DNA from: Paraspadella gotoi
Taxonomy: Eukaryota > Animalia > Chaetognatha
NCBI GenBank assembly: GCA_051294375.1
Contig: CM119266.1
Location: forward strand, 15,124,456-15,188,455
DNA length: 64,000 nt
Reading direction: 5' to 3'
Of this stretch, positions 1 through 13,559 are shown piece by piece (position 1 is the first letter of the stretch; each line of letters opens with the position of its first letter). Under the pieces are notes generated by a model that was given only the letters and a program-made list of their open reading frames with translations, ran no database searches and was not told the DNA's origin. A program made the translations under genes and the position numbers.

Positions 1-1876
1 GGGGGGGGAAAGGAAATACGATATCATTTCGGTTTCCATGGAAACGTATAACCGCGACGGATATTCCTCGATATTGGTTTCTTTCGTTTCACTCTTATTT
101 TCTTTCCTCTTTTTTTCCTCCTTATTTCCTTTTTTTTTTTCTCTCGGTCGTAGAACGAGGCTCGTGCGTTCGACGCGTCGTCGTTTTTTTTGGAAGTCGT
201 TGCGTTTGTTTTTGTTGCACTAGGCGGGTTTTTTTTTGTTGTTGTCTCATTCTCTGTCTTTCACTCACACTCTCTCTCCACCCCTCTCCACTTTTTGCTC
301 TCTCTCTCTTTCTCTCTCCCTCTCTCTCCTTCCCCTTTGCCTTTCTTCATTAACCTGTTTTGGCGCCAAGCCTTTGGTTGACAAAGAACTAAAGCGGNNN
401 NNNNNNNNNNNNNNNNNNNNNNNNNNNNNNNNNNNNNNNNNNNNNNNNNNNNNNNNNNNNNNNNNNNNNNNNNNNNNNNNNNNNNNNNNNNNNNNNNNNN
501 NNNNNNNNNNNNNNNNNNNNNNNNNNNNNNNNNNNNNNNNNNNNNNNNNNNNNNNNNNNNNNNNNNNNNNNNNNNNNNNNNNNNNNNNNNNNNNNNNNNN
601 NNNNNNNNNNNNNNNNNNNNNNNNNNNNNNTGGCGTCGTCGGCTTCATTATCCTCAACTCCCCTTAACTTTCCCCCTTTCTCCATTTAAACTCGGCCTCA
701 CCTCCTGCGAAAAAAAAGCAACTTACCCGATTCTTTTTCTTTTCTCTTCTTCCTCGAGTTCATTAACGCGTCAATGAGGCGCGTTTCCGTTGGGGAAACG
801 ACGACGCTTTCGTCGTCGTTGTCGTCGTCGTTGTCGTCGTCGTTGTCGTNNNNNNNNNNNNNNNNNNNNNNNNNNNNNNNNNNNNNNNNNNNNNNNNNNN
901 NNNNNNNNNNNNNNNNNNNNNNNNNNNNNNNNNNNNNNNNNNNNNNNNNNNNNNNNNNNNNNNNNNNNNNNNNNNNNNNNNNNNNNNNNNNNNNNNNNNN
1001 NNNNNNNNNNNNNNNNNNNNNNNNNNNNNNNNNNNNNNNNNNNNNNNNNNNNNNNNNNNNAGAGAGAGAGAGAGAGAGAGGCGAGAACAAAAGTGGATAT
1101 TTTTGTATGTGTGTGTGCTTTATGCCACTCTCCCTCCCTCTCTTTCTAACGAGTTTTTTTCTCCTTTTTTTTGACGGTTGTTTTTTGACGCGAGAAGGAA
1201 TTATCGACTAACGAATGGTTTCACGATTAAAATTTCCCTTTCGACGAACTTTTTNNNNNNNNNNNNNNNNNNNNNNNNNNNNNNNNNNNNNNNNNNNNNN
1301 NNNNNNNNNNNNNNNNNNNNNNNNNNNNNNNNNNNNNNNNNNNNNNNNNNNNNNNNNNNNNNNNNNNNNNNNNNNNNNNNNNNNNNNNNNNNNNNNNNNN
1401 NNNNNNNNNNNNNNNNNNNNNNNNNNNNNNNNNNNNNNNNNNNNNNNNNNNNNNNNNNNNNNNNNNNNNNNNNNNNNNNNNNNNNNNNNNNNNNNNNNNN
1501 CAGGGAAGAGAAGAGATTTTATTCTGGAAATCCTTGAATAAAGATATGAAAAGAGAGGAAAAGAGAGGAAAAGAGAGGTAAAGAGAGGTAATGATGGTTG
1601 TGATATTCGTGGATCGTAGGTGCGTTGGAGGAAATGGTGGTTCGTGGATGGGAAGAAACGCAGACGACCTTTTTGCCGACGTCGCCGATCGATTTGTCGC
1701 GAGTCTGACATTTTCGTCGTCGTCGTCGTCGTTGTCGTCGTCGTCGTCGTCGCCGAATCTTTCCCCGCCATGTCTGTGAATTTTAAAGGAATTACTTTTT
1801 TTTTGGATTGAGGATGAATATGTAGTTGAAATTTGTAGATTATTTCCATAGTTTTTTTTTTCAAGTACTATATGTC

Positions 1877-2014
1877 ATTCAATATTAACTTTTCACTACC
1901 TTTCACTTTCTTTTTCCAAAGTTCTGTTCTTTTCTTNNNNNNNNNNTTCAATATTAACTTTTTCACTCCCTTTCACTTTCTTTTTCCAAAGTTCTTTTCT
2001 TTTCTTTTCTTTTC
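1877..2014 (+). repeat. About 60-bp direct duplication flanking a 10-N gap
   Basis: TTCAATATTAACTTTT(T)CACT.CCTTTCACTTTCTTTTTCCAAAGTTCT occurs on both sides of N1937-1946. Confidence 0.85.
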
Positions 2015-3036
2015 TNNNNNNNNNNNNNNNNNNNNNNNNNNNNNNNNNNNNNNNNNNNNNNNNNNNNNNNNNNNNNNNNNNNNNNNNNNNNNNNNNNNNN
2101 NNNNNNNNNNNNNNNNNNNNNNNNNNNNNNNNNNNNNNNNNNNNNNNNNNNNNNNNNNNNNNNNNNNNNNNNNNNNNNNNNNNNNNNNNNNNNNNNNNNN
2201 NNNNNNNNNNNNNNNNNNNNNNNNNNNNNNNNNNNNNNNNNNNNNNNNNNNNNNNNNNNNNNNNNNNNNNNNNNNNNNNNNNNNNNNNNNNNNNNNNNNN
2301 NNNNNCATCCTTTCCAATCAAGCCAGTATTCATTCTGTGACAAAGATGGAGTGAGACTAATTAGTTCATTCACTTCGCTTCGCTCCCCCTTCCGTGGTCA
2401 CGTGACGAGAAAATCTCGATTTTATCGGAACCGAGAGACTCGGCCGAGGGGAATTTCAACAAAAGGGCAACAATTGTTGTTTTCTCTGCAATTGTTTTTG
2501 TTTTTTCATATATCGCTGTTTGTAGGTTTGATTTAAATATAAATAAAATTGAAACATTTTGTTACATTTGCTTGTGAATTTGGACTCGTTAAGAAGAGCC
2601 TAAATGAACGCATAGAGGGGGTCTCCATTTTATCATTTTTTTTCCGACGCGAAGAGAGTATATTAAGGAAAGAAAGGATGAATGAACAAATGAACGATAG
2701 AATGAAAGAATGAATCCAAAGGCTTTGTTTTCGCGTCTCGTCGCCCGGGTCGTCGCTTCTCTCCATGCCGTCGTCTCTTCTACCTCATTAAGTCTTTTTT
2801 TCTCTCACTCGCTACAACAAAAAGAATATAAACAAACAAACAGCCTCGAAGCGGAGAAGAAAATATAGGAGGAAAGAAGGAAAAAAGGAAAGAAAGGAAC
2901 GCGTTTCTGTAAGACGCTCATATTCTTTAAATGATTGGTTGTATCATAGTCATAGTCACTTTAGATTCCTTTCAACTTTTCATTTGTTTAAAGCATTTCG
3001 TTTAAAATTGGTACAGTTCCGGTTATGATGTAAAGA

Positions 3037-3039
<3 letters not shown>

Positions 3040-3086
<47 letters not shown>
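3040..3086. repeat. (TC)n microsatellite
   Basis: Pure dinucleotide run. Confidence 0.97.
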
Positions 3087-3089
<3 letters not shown>

Positions 3090-5830
3090 CCCTGATTTCC
3101 GTCGTTCCTTTCTTCGGTCAGTTTAATCAATATTCCGCCTTAGAAATCCTCAGTGGCGTCCTTCTGCCGGCTCCGGACGACGACAACGACGAAAACGACG
3201 GCGATGACGACGACGACCAACGAGAAAATTAGGAAATCGAAGATATGAAATTTTTGCCTCTCGTCTGACCTCATGGAAGAAATTCATGACAATCCGGGAA
3301 TTAGACGGGAAAGATTCTGATATTTTTTTNNNNNNNNNNNNNNNNNNNNNNNNNNNNNNNNNNNNNNNNNNNNNNNNNNNNNNNNNNNNNNNNNNNNNNN
3401 NNNNNNNNNNNNNNNNNNNNNNNNNNNNNNNNNNNNNNNNNNNNNNNNNNNNNNNNNNNNNNNNNNNNNNNNNNNNNNNNNNNNNNNNNNNNNNNNNNNN
3501 NNNNNNNNNNNNNNNNNNNNNNNNNNNNNNNNNNNNNNNNNNNNNNCATTTTTATGACCGAAATATGAATATATTCTCTTGAATTGAATATTTAAGGATG
3601 AGAGGCATATTAGCCACTCTGAACAAAAGCTTAGTAATTTAAACTGTTTCGTTTTGAATTTAGCAAAAAGGAAATATTGAAAAGAATTAAATTTAGATAA
3701 ATGTAGAGGATTGGAGCGAAAGAAGGAATGGCTCGAAATGGGAGGACCGGGGAAATTGGGGAAAGGCGGCGTGGCTAAAAATAGAAAAGGGAGGAAAGCG
3801 ACGGATCATTCGAGAGACAAAAATTTTTTTTCAGCTTNNNNNNNNNNNNNNNNNNNNNNNNNNNNNNNNNNNNNNNNNNNNNNNNNNNNNNNNNNNNNNN
3901 NNNNNNNNNNNNNNNNNNNNNNNNNNNNNNNNNNNNNNNNNNNNNNNNNNNNNNNNNNNNNNNNNNNNNNNNNNNNNNNNNNNNNNNNNNNNNNNNNNNN
4001 NNNNNNNNNNNNNNNNNNNNNNNNNNNNNNNNNNNNNNNNNNNNNNNNNNNNNNNNNNNNNNNNNNNNNNNNNNNNNNNNNNNNNNNNNNNNNNNNNNNN
4101 NNNNNNAGAGAGAGAGAGAGAGAGAGAGAGATACAAACTCATGAGTTAAAACGAACACGCAATCTCGGGGAATTAATGGGGAAAAAGTCGGATCTTTTTG
4201 GCGGGGGTAAGGCGTGTCGGTTGAGTTGGGGGAATGAGGAGTCAGGGAAGGATCGAGGGGCGTGTTCAGGTGGACCGGAATAAATGAAGATTTTCAAGGT
4301 TCGACCCATTGAATCAAAAAGGAGAAGATGATAAAAATTCATGGAAGGAAATGAAAGGAAAAAAAAAGGTTAAAAAAAAGAAAAAAAATCGCAGAGAGAA
4401 AATGGAATCCGCGTAATTAAGGAAGGAATGAAAAAAAAGGAAAGAAAAAAGAGCAAAGTGAGTGATGAAAAAATGAGAGAGCGAGAGAGAGAGAGATAGA
4501 AAAAGAGAGACAGACGTTCATGATAAGGTTCGATCAGCAGGGACTCAATTACCACGTCCATAAAAATCTCTACATTTTGTTCGCAGAGAGAGAGAGATGG
4601 AAAGAGAGAGAGAGATTGCTCAATCCCTGCTTGCGAAGGTCAGACAAAGAAATAAACCATTTCGCTCTTCCTCAATTGCATTTTTTGCGGCGACCGCTAA
4701 TCTATTTGCCGCAATTAGCGGCGAATTGCTGCAGTTGTTTGGAGGTTATTTCCTCATTTTATAACTATTAGACTGGCAAAGAATCAGTCCTCGATAGAAG
4801 AGGGAAAACAATTCGTTTTCGAAGTCAAAAAAAGAGGCAGAGAAATTGTCAGGCGATGAAGACAATTAATTTTGGAGGAATTCGACCAACTTTTTTACCG
4901 AGCGCGTCACTCACTCTGTCGCTCTCCCTCTGCGAGACAGACAGAGAAAGATTAGAGAGAGAGGAGAGAGGAGATAGAGAGAGAGAGAGAGAGAGAAGAA
5001 TTTCTCGGGTCGAGGAAGATTCTCTCCGATCTTGCATTTTTATTGATGGCTGACCCTGAGGATGAACATGCGACCGACGGACGAGGAACGCCGACGACGA
5101 CGAACGGTGACATACCTAGCGACTCTAGCGGATATGTTTCCTCACCCCCCCCCGCCCTCGGNNNNNNNNNNNNNNNNNNNNNNNNNCCTCCCGACTATTT
5201 TACGTCTGCCCATCCCCTCGCCACTCTCTTTTCTGTCCTTCCTCCTTCTCCCTCTCGCGGAGGCAAAACAAAAGAGCATCCGAAATCGGATTCGACGAAG
5301 ACGAAGATCCTCGTGTTAACTTTGGAAGAGTCGGCCCCTTGAGGCGAGAGATTGAAAGAGGAAGGGAAATGGTTGAGTCATAGAATATTTTTTTAATTTT
5401 TGATAATTTTATTCGGAATTTCCGAGTTTTATTATTTATGAGCTAAAGCTAATTTTCTGTCGCTCGCAATGAGTCTTTTTTTCCCCCCTCACAACTCACA
5501 AATCACTGCGTGATCTCCCCTCCCCATTTCGGAGATCATTGTTATCCTCATCATCATGTCATTAGGAAGTTTTCCTCCGAATTTCGCCACGAGAATATGA
5601 AGTCGGAATTTTTAGAAATGATGGTGATTTTCTCTGTTCTCCGGGGAACCGCAGTAACACGCTCGACCTGACCGTAGAAGAAAGAGAAAAAGAAACAGTC
5701 GAGAAGAAAGAAAAGAAGAGAAAAAGAAGAGAAAAAAGACAGAAAAAGGAGTCAAAGAAAGAAAAGATTATCAAGAAAAAAGAGAAAAGAAAATACTATA
5801 TGCGAGAGTGACGAGAGTGTGAGAAATCCG

Positions 5831-5846
5831 GAGAGAGAGAGAGAGA

Positions 5847-5904
<58 letters not shown>
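5831..5904. repeat. (GA)n microsatellite
   Basis: Near-pure dinucleotide run. Confidence 0.97.
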
Positions 5905-5906
<2 letters not shown>

Positions 5907-6223
5907 ACGCGACGGGGCAGATTTTGCTAGATGAGGGTCCGTTGTTTGACTGGGAAAAAAAAATCCGGATTTTTTAATTTTAGCTTCTTTTTGTTTTCTA
6001 TTACTCTGCTTTTTTCCTTTCTTTTTTCTTTTAGCGTCATAGGTTATTTTTCGTATCGTATCGTATCGTATTGTTTGTCAGAGAATGGGTATTTTATTTT
6101 TGAGAAGAACAAAATTTCATAAGCTTTTATTTAACAGTAGTGCAGGTATCCGCGCGTTGTAGGTTTAGTTGAAGCAGGTTGAGGGAAGTTAGCGGTAAGT
6201 TGCCAGTCATCGATGTCTCACTC

Positions 6224-6257
<34 letters not shown>

Positions 6258-9200
6258 TCTCCGACTTCACTCTGGGTTTGCTCCTCCTCTCCATGCTCTC
6301 TTGCTCCGTCCTCGCTCTTTGCTCTCTCTCTCGTCGTGTACCTCTCGAAACGCCCGAGGCGGAATTAAGAGCGGTAAGCGGGGCCGCGCAACGCGACGGA
6401 CAATGACGCATTAAGAGCTTCGGTTAGCGGTGCCTGAGGAACTGGTGTGTGTGTGTGTGTGGCCGTGGGTAAGGTGGGAGAAGAGGGAGCAGGGTAGTAA
6501 AGGCGTAGTAAGTACGAGGGTGGAGTCAGTGGGGGGTCGGCTTGAAGAGGTCGAGTAAAGGTTATCTCTTATGTATTATTATTGTATCTATATATATTAT
6601 ATTGTAGAGGGAGAGGGTACGAGAATAACGCACGGCAGGGAAAAAGGCGATATCTCATCTACTCTCTCAATCTCTCTCTCTCGGTCTCTCTCCTCTCTCT
6701 CTCCTCTCTCTTACAGTCTCTCTCTCTCATTCCGAGTGTTTGCTCAATGCGTCCTCTCGTCTCGCTCCTTCTTAACTACGGGGGGCAGGCTCCGCCCGCT
6801 CATCGTGCTGAGTCGCTGTCTCGTGACGGCCGCGTCTTCATCATCTCTCTTCGATAATGTCCTTAGGCGGAAATTTTTAATGGCTCCTAGCTCGTACCGG
6901 GTGACTGGGTTTTGTGCTCTTCGTACGAGTGAGACTGAATTAACCCAAGATTCATTGACGAAAAATGTAAGACGAGAAGATTAGAGAAATAAATAAAGTG
7001 AAAACTTCCACGCGATCTATTGTTTACGTCGAGCGCATTATTCGCTATCGCGTTTGCATAGGTCGTATCGGTTTTTATCTTGAGAGATCTTGAACCTTAA
7101 TAGGGTGGTATCCTAGGATAGTGGTTTGTGGTCTTTTTTCGCGTCTCGGATAACTTTATGTACTTGATTTAAAATAATGTGGAATTCTTTTTTCCGACAC
7201 TTAATTTCGAAATGGGTACGTATAGGACTCAAAGCACCACGTTCGGAACGGAAAAAATTGGTGTCAATTTTAAAGAAAGGCGCGGGAACCGTCGTAGTAA
7301 CGACTTTCGAAATAACATTTATGCGATACGAGTTTAATTTTTGACAAATAATAAATTGTGATTATAAAATATTCATGAGCAATTCCTCATACGGCGCGTA
7401 TCTACGAGGAGCTCATCTATTCTGTACTCACGTGACGGACTGTTCTTTTCCTCTCAGGCTCCCAGGATCGAAAACAAGATCACACAAATAAATATGATAT
7501 GAGGAAGGTGTGAGGGCGGAATAAGAACATTATTTCTATTGGTCGTCTTAACTGGTTTTGAGTCCATCAACTTACATCATGTATAGTTAATAGAATGCAG
7601 TTCCGATGACTAGAGTTTGGAAACGCGGTTGGCGAACCCCTAACGGGTTGCCCATCGAGCAAGAGATATTACGCCTTTAATTTTGAGAGGCTTAGTGGGA
7701 AAGAAGGAGAGAGAGCCACGCACGCACCATCTCTTTATGGAAGACCACAAAAGTTCATTAGGAACTTCTAATGAAGACAAAAGCATTACGTTGACCGGCG
7801 ATTTAAACAGGAGTGCGGTTCTCCGATTGATGAAGCCACTGTACACTTAAACCGATGATGTTGAGAGAGGCGTAATATCTCAGGAAATCGGGAGACGCTA
7901 ACGAGAGCTAAGCGATATGAGGAAGAGCGTACTGAGAAGAGATGCAGTGTCACCAATCTCGCACCTTGATCTCGTGTCCATACAATACCGCAGGTTCGGA
8001 ATAAGAGTAGGTTTTTAACCACCATGAGAATATTCATAGACGTAAAACTAGAGAAAATATTGTTAACTGGTGTATCTCTAAAAAATCAGACGGCCTCCCA
8101 AGGGGTTGCAGACGGACTCAGTGCGAAACTTAAGTGATAATGTAGAGATGAAAAGCGTGTGATGATCTTTTTTTTTTTTGGTCCAAATTCACAAAATAAA
8201 ACTTATAAAGATGAGACCTATGCCAAGGCCGGGGACCAACATCCAAATTACGGTTCTATTACATGGAAAGGCGAAACCCACCAGCGATTAGTCCCGGATG
8301 TTGGTCTATCTCATTGCTAAGAGCTATCCCTACCATCTATCTCTCGTCTCTCATCATCTCCTCCCTCGTCTCGTCTCAGTCTCTCGTCTCGCACCATCTT
8401 CTTCTCCTTCCGTCAGCCTCTCTCTCTCTCTCTCATCCGTCTTCCCATCTCTCTCTTTCCCGCAGAAGTTCCTAGTTTCTGATTTTTGCGGATTCCGATC
8501 GGGGAATATATGGAGCCCGTGCTGAGATAGAGAGAGGAGATGGAGAGGGAGAGAGCGGCGGGAGATAGAGTTAGAAAGAGTAGAGAGAGAGAGAGGAGAA
8601 GAGACGGCCCTTGGATATTTTGGGTAGGCAATATTTCGCCGTGGGAGATCAGGAGTCGTTGATTTTCTTGATCGGATTGGAGGTCCATGAGAGGGTGATC
8701 GATAGGTATGAAGGGTGAGCGAGGTTGCCATGGGGTGGATGGGGTGAATGGGAGTGATGGGGTCATGGGAAGCGAAGGGCTCAACTGCGGGTGATTTTTC
8801 ATATAAGGAGGCATATTGTTTTGACCGACAGTGATAAGTGTGTCGGAGGCATTGGTGGGGGCCCGGCAATGGGAAAGACTTCTGCGCGCTGTGTTATGCC
8901 AGTCATTGGTTCATGCTACATAGACGTGTTCTGATTGTCTTCCGTGATGAGGATTCTCATATTATTGTTGTTTTTTCAGCTATGTTTGGTTCCCCTATTT
9001 GCCGCCACAATGTCTGCCCACGGCCTAAAGATTAGTATGTGGTTTGAACATAAAAATCTCATAAGATACAGTCTAATCGTTTCCGAGTGTCTAAAACTTA
9101 CACCCCGATCACCCGGCCAGATCCCAACCGTTGACCCTCACCTTTCAATCTCCGCTTCGTCTCCTTCGGACGGCACATTTTCTGTCTCACAGTCGTTTGG

Positions 9201-9891
9201 TTCCCTCCCAAGTTTTATTTTTTTTCTTCCTTCGATCGTGTAAGTAATATTCTTTCATAAAAACAAAAGAATTAAACAGAGAAAAATAAGAGAGAGGAAG
9301 AGCCGAGAGAGAGACAGAGAAGCAGCAAAGGGAGAGAAGAGAAATCGTTTTCACCTTCTCAGAGGAGGTCAGACTTAAAGGACGCGACGTGACCCGGCAT
9401 TTTTTGATTGTTTCCTTTCTGCCTCTCTCTCTCTCGCTCCTCTCTCTCTCTCTCCGTCTCTCTCCGTCTCTCTCTCTCTCTCTCTCTCTCATGCTACTGT
9501 GCTCTCTCTCTGCTCTCTCTCTGTTTCCTTTTTCCTTTTTCCTCGAAATGAGAATTAAGTTTTCGTTCGTAGGAACATTAAATTTCCATGGTTGGCGTCC
9601 GCAGGTCTGGTCATTCTTTCTACCTCGTCTCCTCTCCTCTTCACTCTCCATCTCTGCACTGCTCTTCTCTCTCTCCTATCTCTCATCTTCTCATCTGTCA
9701 TCTCTCTATCCCTCCTTCCTCTCGGTCTCTCTCTCTCGTTCTCTCATCTCTTATGCTACGGTCTGTCCGTCTCTCGCGTGTTAGAAGTTTTTTCTCCCTC
9801 GTCCAGCATTATTCTCTCTGTATTACTCATGTCTTCTGCTTCTCTCTTTTGTTTTAATTTCTTTTCTTCGTTCGAATGTCCAGTGTCGCTT

Positions 9892-10800
9892 CCGCACATT
9901 AGTATCGTATTTACTCGTCGCTTTTTTCAAACATAACCACCGCCCGGCTGAGCAAGAAGCCTACTGCATCATTCGCTGATTGTCCTATTGATCCCCGCGC
10001 AAATACTAATATTCATTCTTCCAATTATTGCAACTTTTCCGGACCTGCTAGATTTTATCTGTCTCCCTTCATCGGATTGTAAGTGGTACCGCGCTCACAT
10101 CTTAATTCTCCGTCCTTGCCTCGTCTCCCGTCGACCCCCTCCGGGTACGGAGATCTTAGTATTCGTCGACATGTGATCTCGACTTTCTACGTGAGTGGGC
10201 GGGTAGAAAAAATGTAATTTGGCGGGACAGTTCAACTACTTTAAAACTTCTTATTTTTTTTAAAAGACCGGAGGTTTATTACTATTTTTAAATTTAACCG
10301 TCGAGCACCGATAAAGACAAGTTGTATGTTGTAAAGAAATAGTAAATAGTATTTAATACTCGCGATAGTGATGAATAAATATAAGAGGAGGAAGAATTTT
10401 CTCATTATCTCTGGGTTNNNNNNNNNNNNNNNNNNNNNNNNNCCGCCCTATCGTACTCGTCTTTCACTTACCCTGAGCAAGAAGCTGACCTCTCCTATTT
10501 CCCCGCGCAACTAATATTCATTCTCAAAACTTCCTCTCTTTCTCTCTCTCTCTTAATTCTCTCCTTCCTCTCTCCCCCGACCCTCACTTTCTCTGCTTGG
10601 GAGAAAAATTAATTTGGCGGGACACAACTACTTTAAATTCTTATTTTTTAAACCTGGAGGTTTATTACTTTTTTAACCGAAAAGAAGTTGTATGTTTGTA
10701 ATAGAAATAGTAAATAAGTAAATTTACCGATGAAAAATATAAAGAGGAGGAGAATTAAGCTGTTGTTGTCTTCCCCAATCCCGATTTCTCATTCTGTTTT
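9892..10800 (+). repeat. Direct duplication across a 25-N gap: insertion-riddled 9892-10417 copies 10443 to about 10800
   Basis: Shared ordered anchors CTGAGCAAGAAGC, CCCCGCGCAA, CTAATATTCATTCT, TAATTTGGCGGGACA, GGAGGTTTATTACT, AAGTTGTATGTT, AGAAATAGTAAATA. Confidence 0.85.
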
Positions 10801-10974
10801 CGTCGGCGACGAATTCAATCATTTATTCCCTTTCGATGAGAAAGAAAAAGCCGATCGGGAAAGAGAGAATTAAAATGGCAGCGCTAATTTGGTTTCAGTG
10901 TTAAAGTTAAATTGAAAACGGGAGACGCACCTGCGCTGGAAGAGGGAAAAAAAAGAGCTACGTCGCAGCTACGA

Positions 10975-11030
<56 letters not shown>

Positions 11031-11805
11031 AAAAGAGAAAACCATTAAAACTAGTACCACATTCCAATTGGCTCCCACCCTTTTTACTACTTCCCCCTCG
11101 TCGTTAGTGTCCCGCCCCGTACGTCGCCGTCGCCGGCGGCGTCGCCTTCCTCAGTTCGCGATTGGCNNNNNNNNNNNNNNNNNNNNNNNNNNNNNNNNNN
11201 NNNNNNNNNNNNNNNNNNNNNNNNNNNNNNNNNNNNNNNNNNNNNNNNNNNNNNNNNNNNNNNNNNNNNNNNNNNNNNNNNNNNNNNNNNNNNNNNNNNN
11301 NNNNNNNNNNNNNNNNNNNNNNNNNNNNNNNNNNNNNNNNNNNNNNNNNNNNNNNNNNNNNNNNNNNNNNNNNNNNNNNNNNNNNNNNNNNNNNNNNNNN
11401 NNNNNNNNNNNNNNNNNNNNNNNNNNNNNNNNNNNNNNNNNNNNNNNNNNNNNNNNNNNNNNNNNNNNNNNNNNNNNNNNNNNNNNNNNNNNNNNNNNNN
11501 NNNNNNNNNNNNNNNNNNNNNNNNNNNNNNNNNNNNNNNNNNNNNNNNNNNNNNNNNNNNNNNNNNNNNNNNNNNNNNNNNNNNNNNNNNNNNNNNNNNN
11601 NNNNNNNNNNNNNNNNNNNNNNNNNNNNNNNNNNNNNNNNNNNNNNNNNNNNNNNNNNNNNNNNNNNNNNNNNNNNNNNNNNNNNNNNNNNNNNNNNNNN
11701 NNNNNNNNNNNNNNNNNNNNNNNNNNNNNNNNNNNNNNNNNNNNNNNNNNNNNNNNNNNNNNNNNNNNNNNNNNNNNNNNNNNNNNNNNNNNNNNNNNNN
11801 NNNNN

Positions 11806-12193
11806 CACTTCCTTTTCCATCTTTTTTGTTGTCTGTTGGACTCATAATTTTGATTTGTTTTTCTGGGGGTCATTCTCGGCTGCTTCGTTTCCTCTCGCCT
11901 TTCTCTCTAGGGCGGACTCTTTGTTGTGCCCACTTGGCCACCCGGTGGCCCCCACTTTCTCCCTTCCTCCGCTTCAGCGTCTTCCGCTTGTCCTTACGGA
12001 ATTATTTACTTATTCATTTTTCCTTGCCATAATACTTGTTGTTGTTGTTGTTGTTTCGTCAGTCGTCGTTCTTCCGTTTTCGTCGGTCTCTTCGTCTCAC
12101 TTCCTTCTCCATCTTTTTTTGTTGTTGTTGGACTCCTTAATTTTGATTTGTTTTTCTGGGAGGTCATTCTCGGCTGCTTCGTTTCCTTCTCGC
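11806..12193 (+). repeat. About 95-bp direct repeat (11806-11898 and 12098-12193)
   Basis: CACTTCCTT.TCCATCTTTTTT..GTTGGACTC..TAATTTTGATTTGTTTTTCTGGG.GGTCATTCTCGGCTGCTTCGTTTCC occurs twice, 292 bp apart. Confidence 0.9.
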
Positions 12194-12255
12194 TGTTCTC
12201 TCTCTCTCTCTCTCCTCTCTTCTCTCTCTCTCCTCTCTCCTCTCTCTCTCTTCTC

Positions 12256-12288
<33 letters not shown>

Positions 12289-12453
12289 TCGTTCCGGAGG
12301 CGCAGAAATGACAAGCGCGTGCTTTTTGGTATGGGGCTTTCCGGACGCGGGTTAGTGGTTATGGCTCCGCCGCGTGGAAACGAAAGAGAACACGTAAATA
12401 ATAAACGCACAAAAAAAAAAAAGAGAACNNNNNNNNNNNNNNNNNNNNNNNNN

Positions 12454-12489
<36 letters not shown>

Positions 12490-12864
12490 GTTAATTGCCC
12501 AAACGTGTAGGCCTCTCCTTTCTCCAATAGCCACCACTGGCTCAACAAAACCGTCGAACATAAACACAAAAAGCATAAAAACTTTCTAACAAGAGCTTTG
12601 TGAGTGCAATTACTGTCACAAACTATAACTACCTATATATGAAACAACCACTATTACTTCTAAGAAGAAATCACTCTAGTCTATTGCCATCCTTCGACCG
12701 ATTTGTAATTCTATTGAATTATATTGATAGTTACGAATTCTAAGAAGTCGGCAGAAATCAGAGAATCAGAGAATCGCATTCAGTTTAGACAAAAACATTT
12801 CCTTTCGGTTTTATTTCTAGAAAAAAGAGAAATATTGGCCAGGAAAACGACGTCTTTGATACAG

Positions 12865-12865
<1 letters not shown>

Positions 12866-12905
<40 letters not shown>
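12866..12905. repeat. (CGC)n trinucleotide repeat
   Basis: About 13 perfect units. Confidence 0.95.
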
Positions 12906-12906
<1 letters not shown>

Positions 12907-13503
12907 ACCGATTTACCGTCCGTATCGTGAAAAGACGGCATGCCCGGTTTCGATCCAGAAAAGAGAGATGGGAAGGGGGAGAGGGAGAGGGAGAGGCTAA
13001 ACAGCATTTTTCACAAGAGTTGGACAGGCCGCGCCAGATAAGCAGATTCATAGCCGACTTCACCTCATTGCTTTCGAGGCGAGAGATTGAGAGGGAGAGA
13101 GGATAAGAGGGAGAGCGAGATGAAATGGTGGCAAGTGGCGGAGTTTTTTTCTCTCTTTCTTTCTATCTCTCTCCCTCCATCCCCATCCCTCACTCTCTCT
13201 CTCCCCTCGATAGTGTGAGAGTTCGTGAGCGAGAGGCGAGGAAGATGGAGATAGAGTCAAGGAGAAGCGGGGGAGATGGCGTTGTTTGGTGTAAGGTCGC
13301 GTAAGAGTTCAAAAGCTGCGCTGTTATTTGTTTTGCTCTCTTTTCTCTCTTAATGGAGGGAGGCCCGACCGGCGAATGATGCCAAGGAACATCTCCATTT
13401 TCGGGATCTGGCACGGGATGAACATTCCCCCGTCTTATTTTCTTTCTTTTTATCTTTTTTACTCTATCTCGAGAGAGGAGAGAGATGAGAGGAGAGAGGA
13501 CAG

Positions 13504-13559
<56 letters not shown>

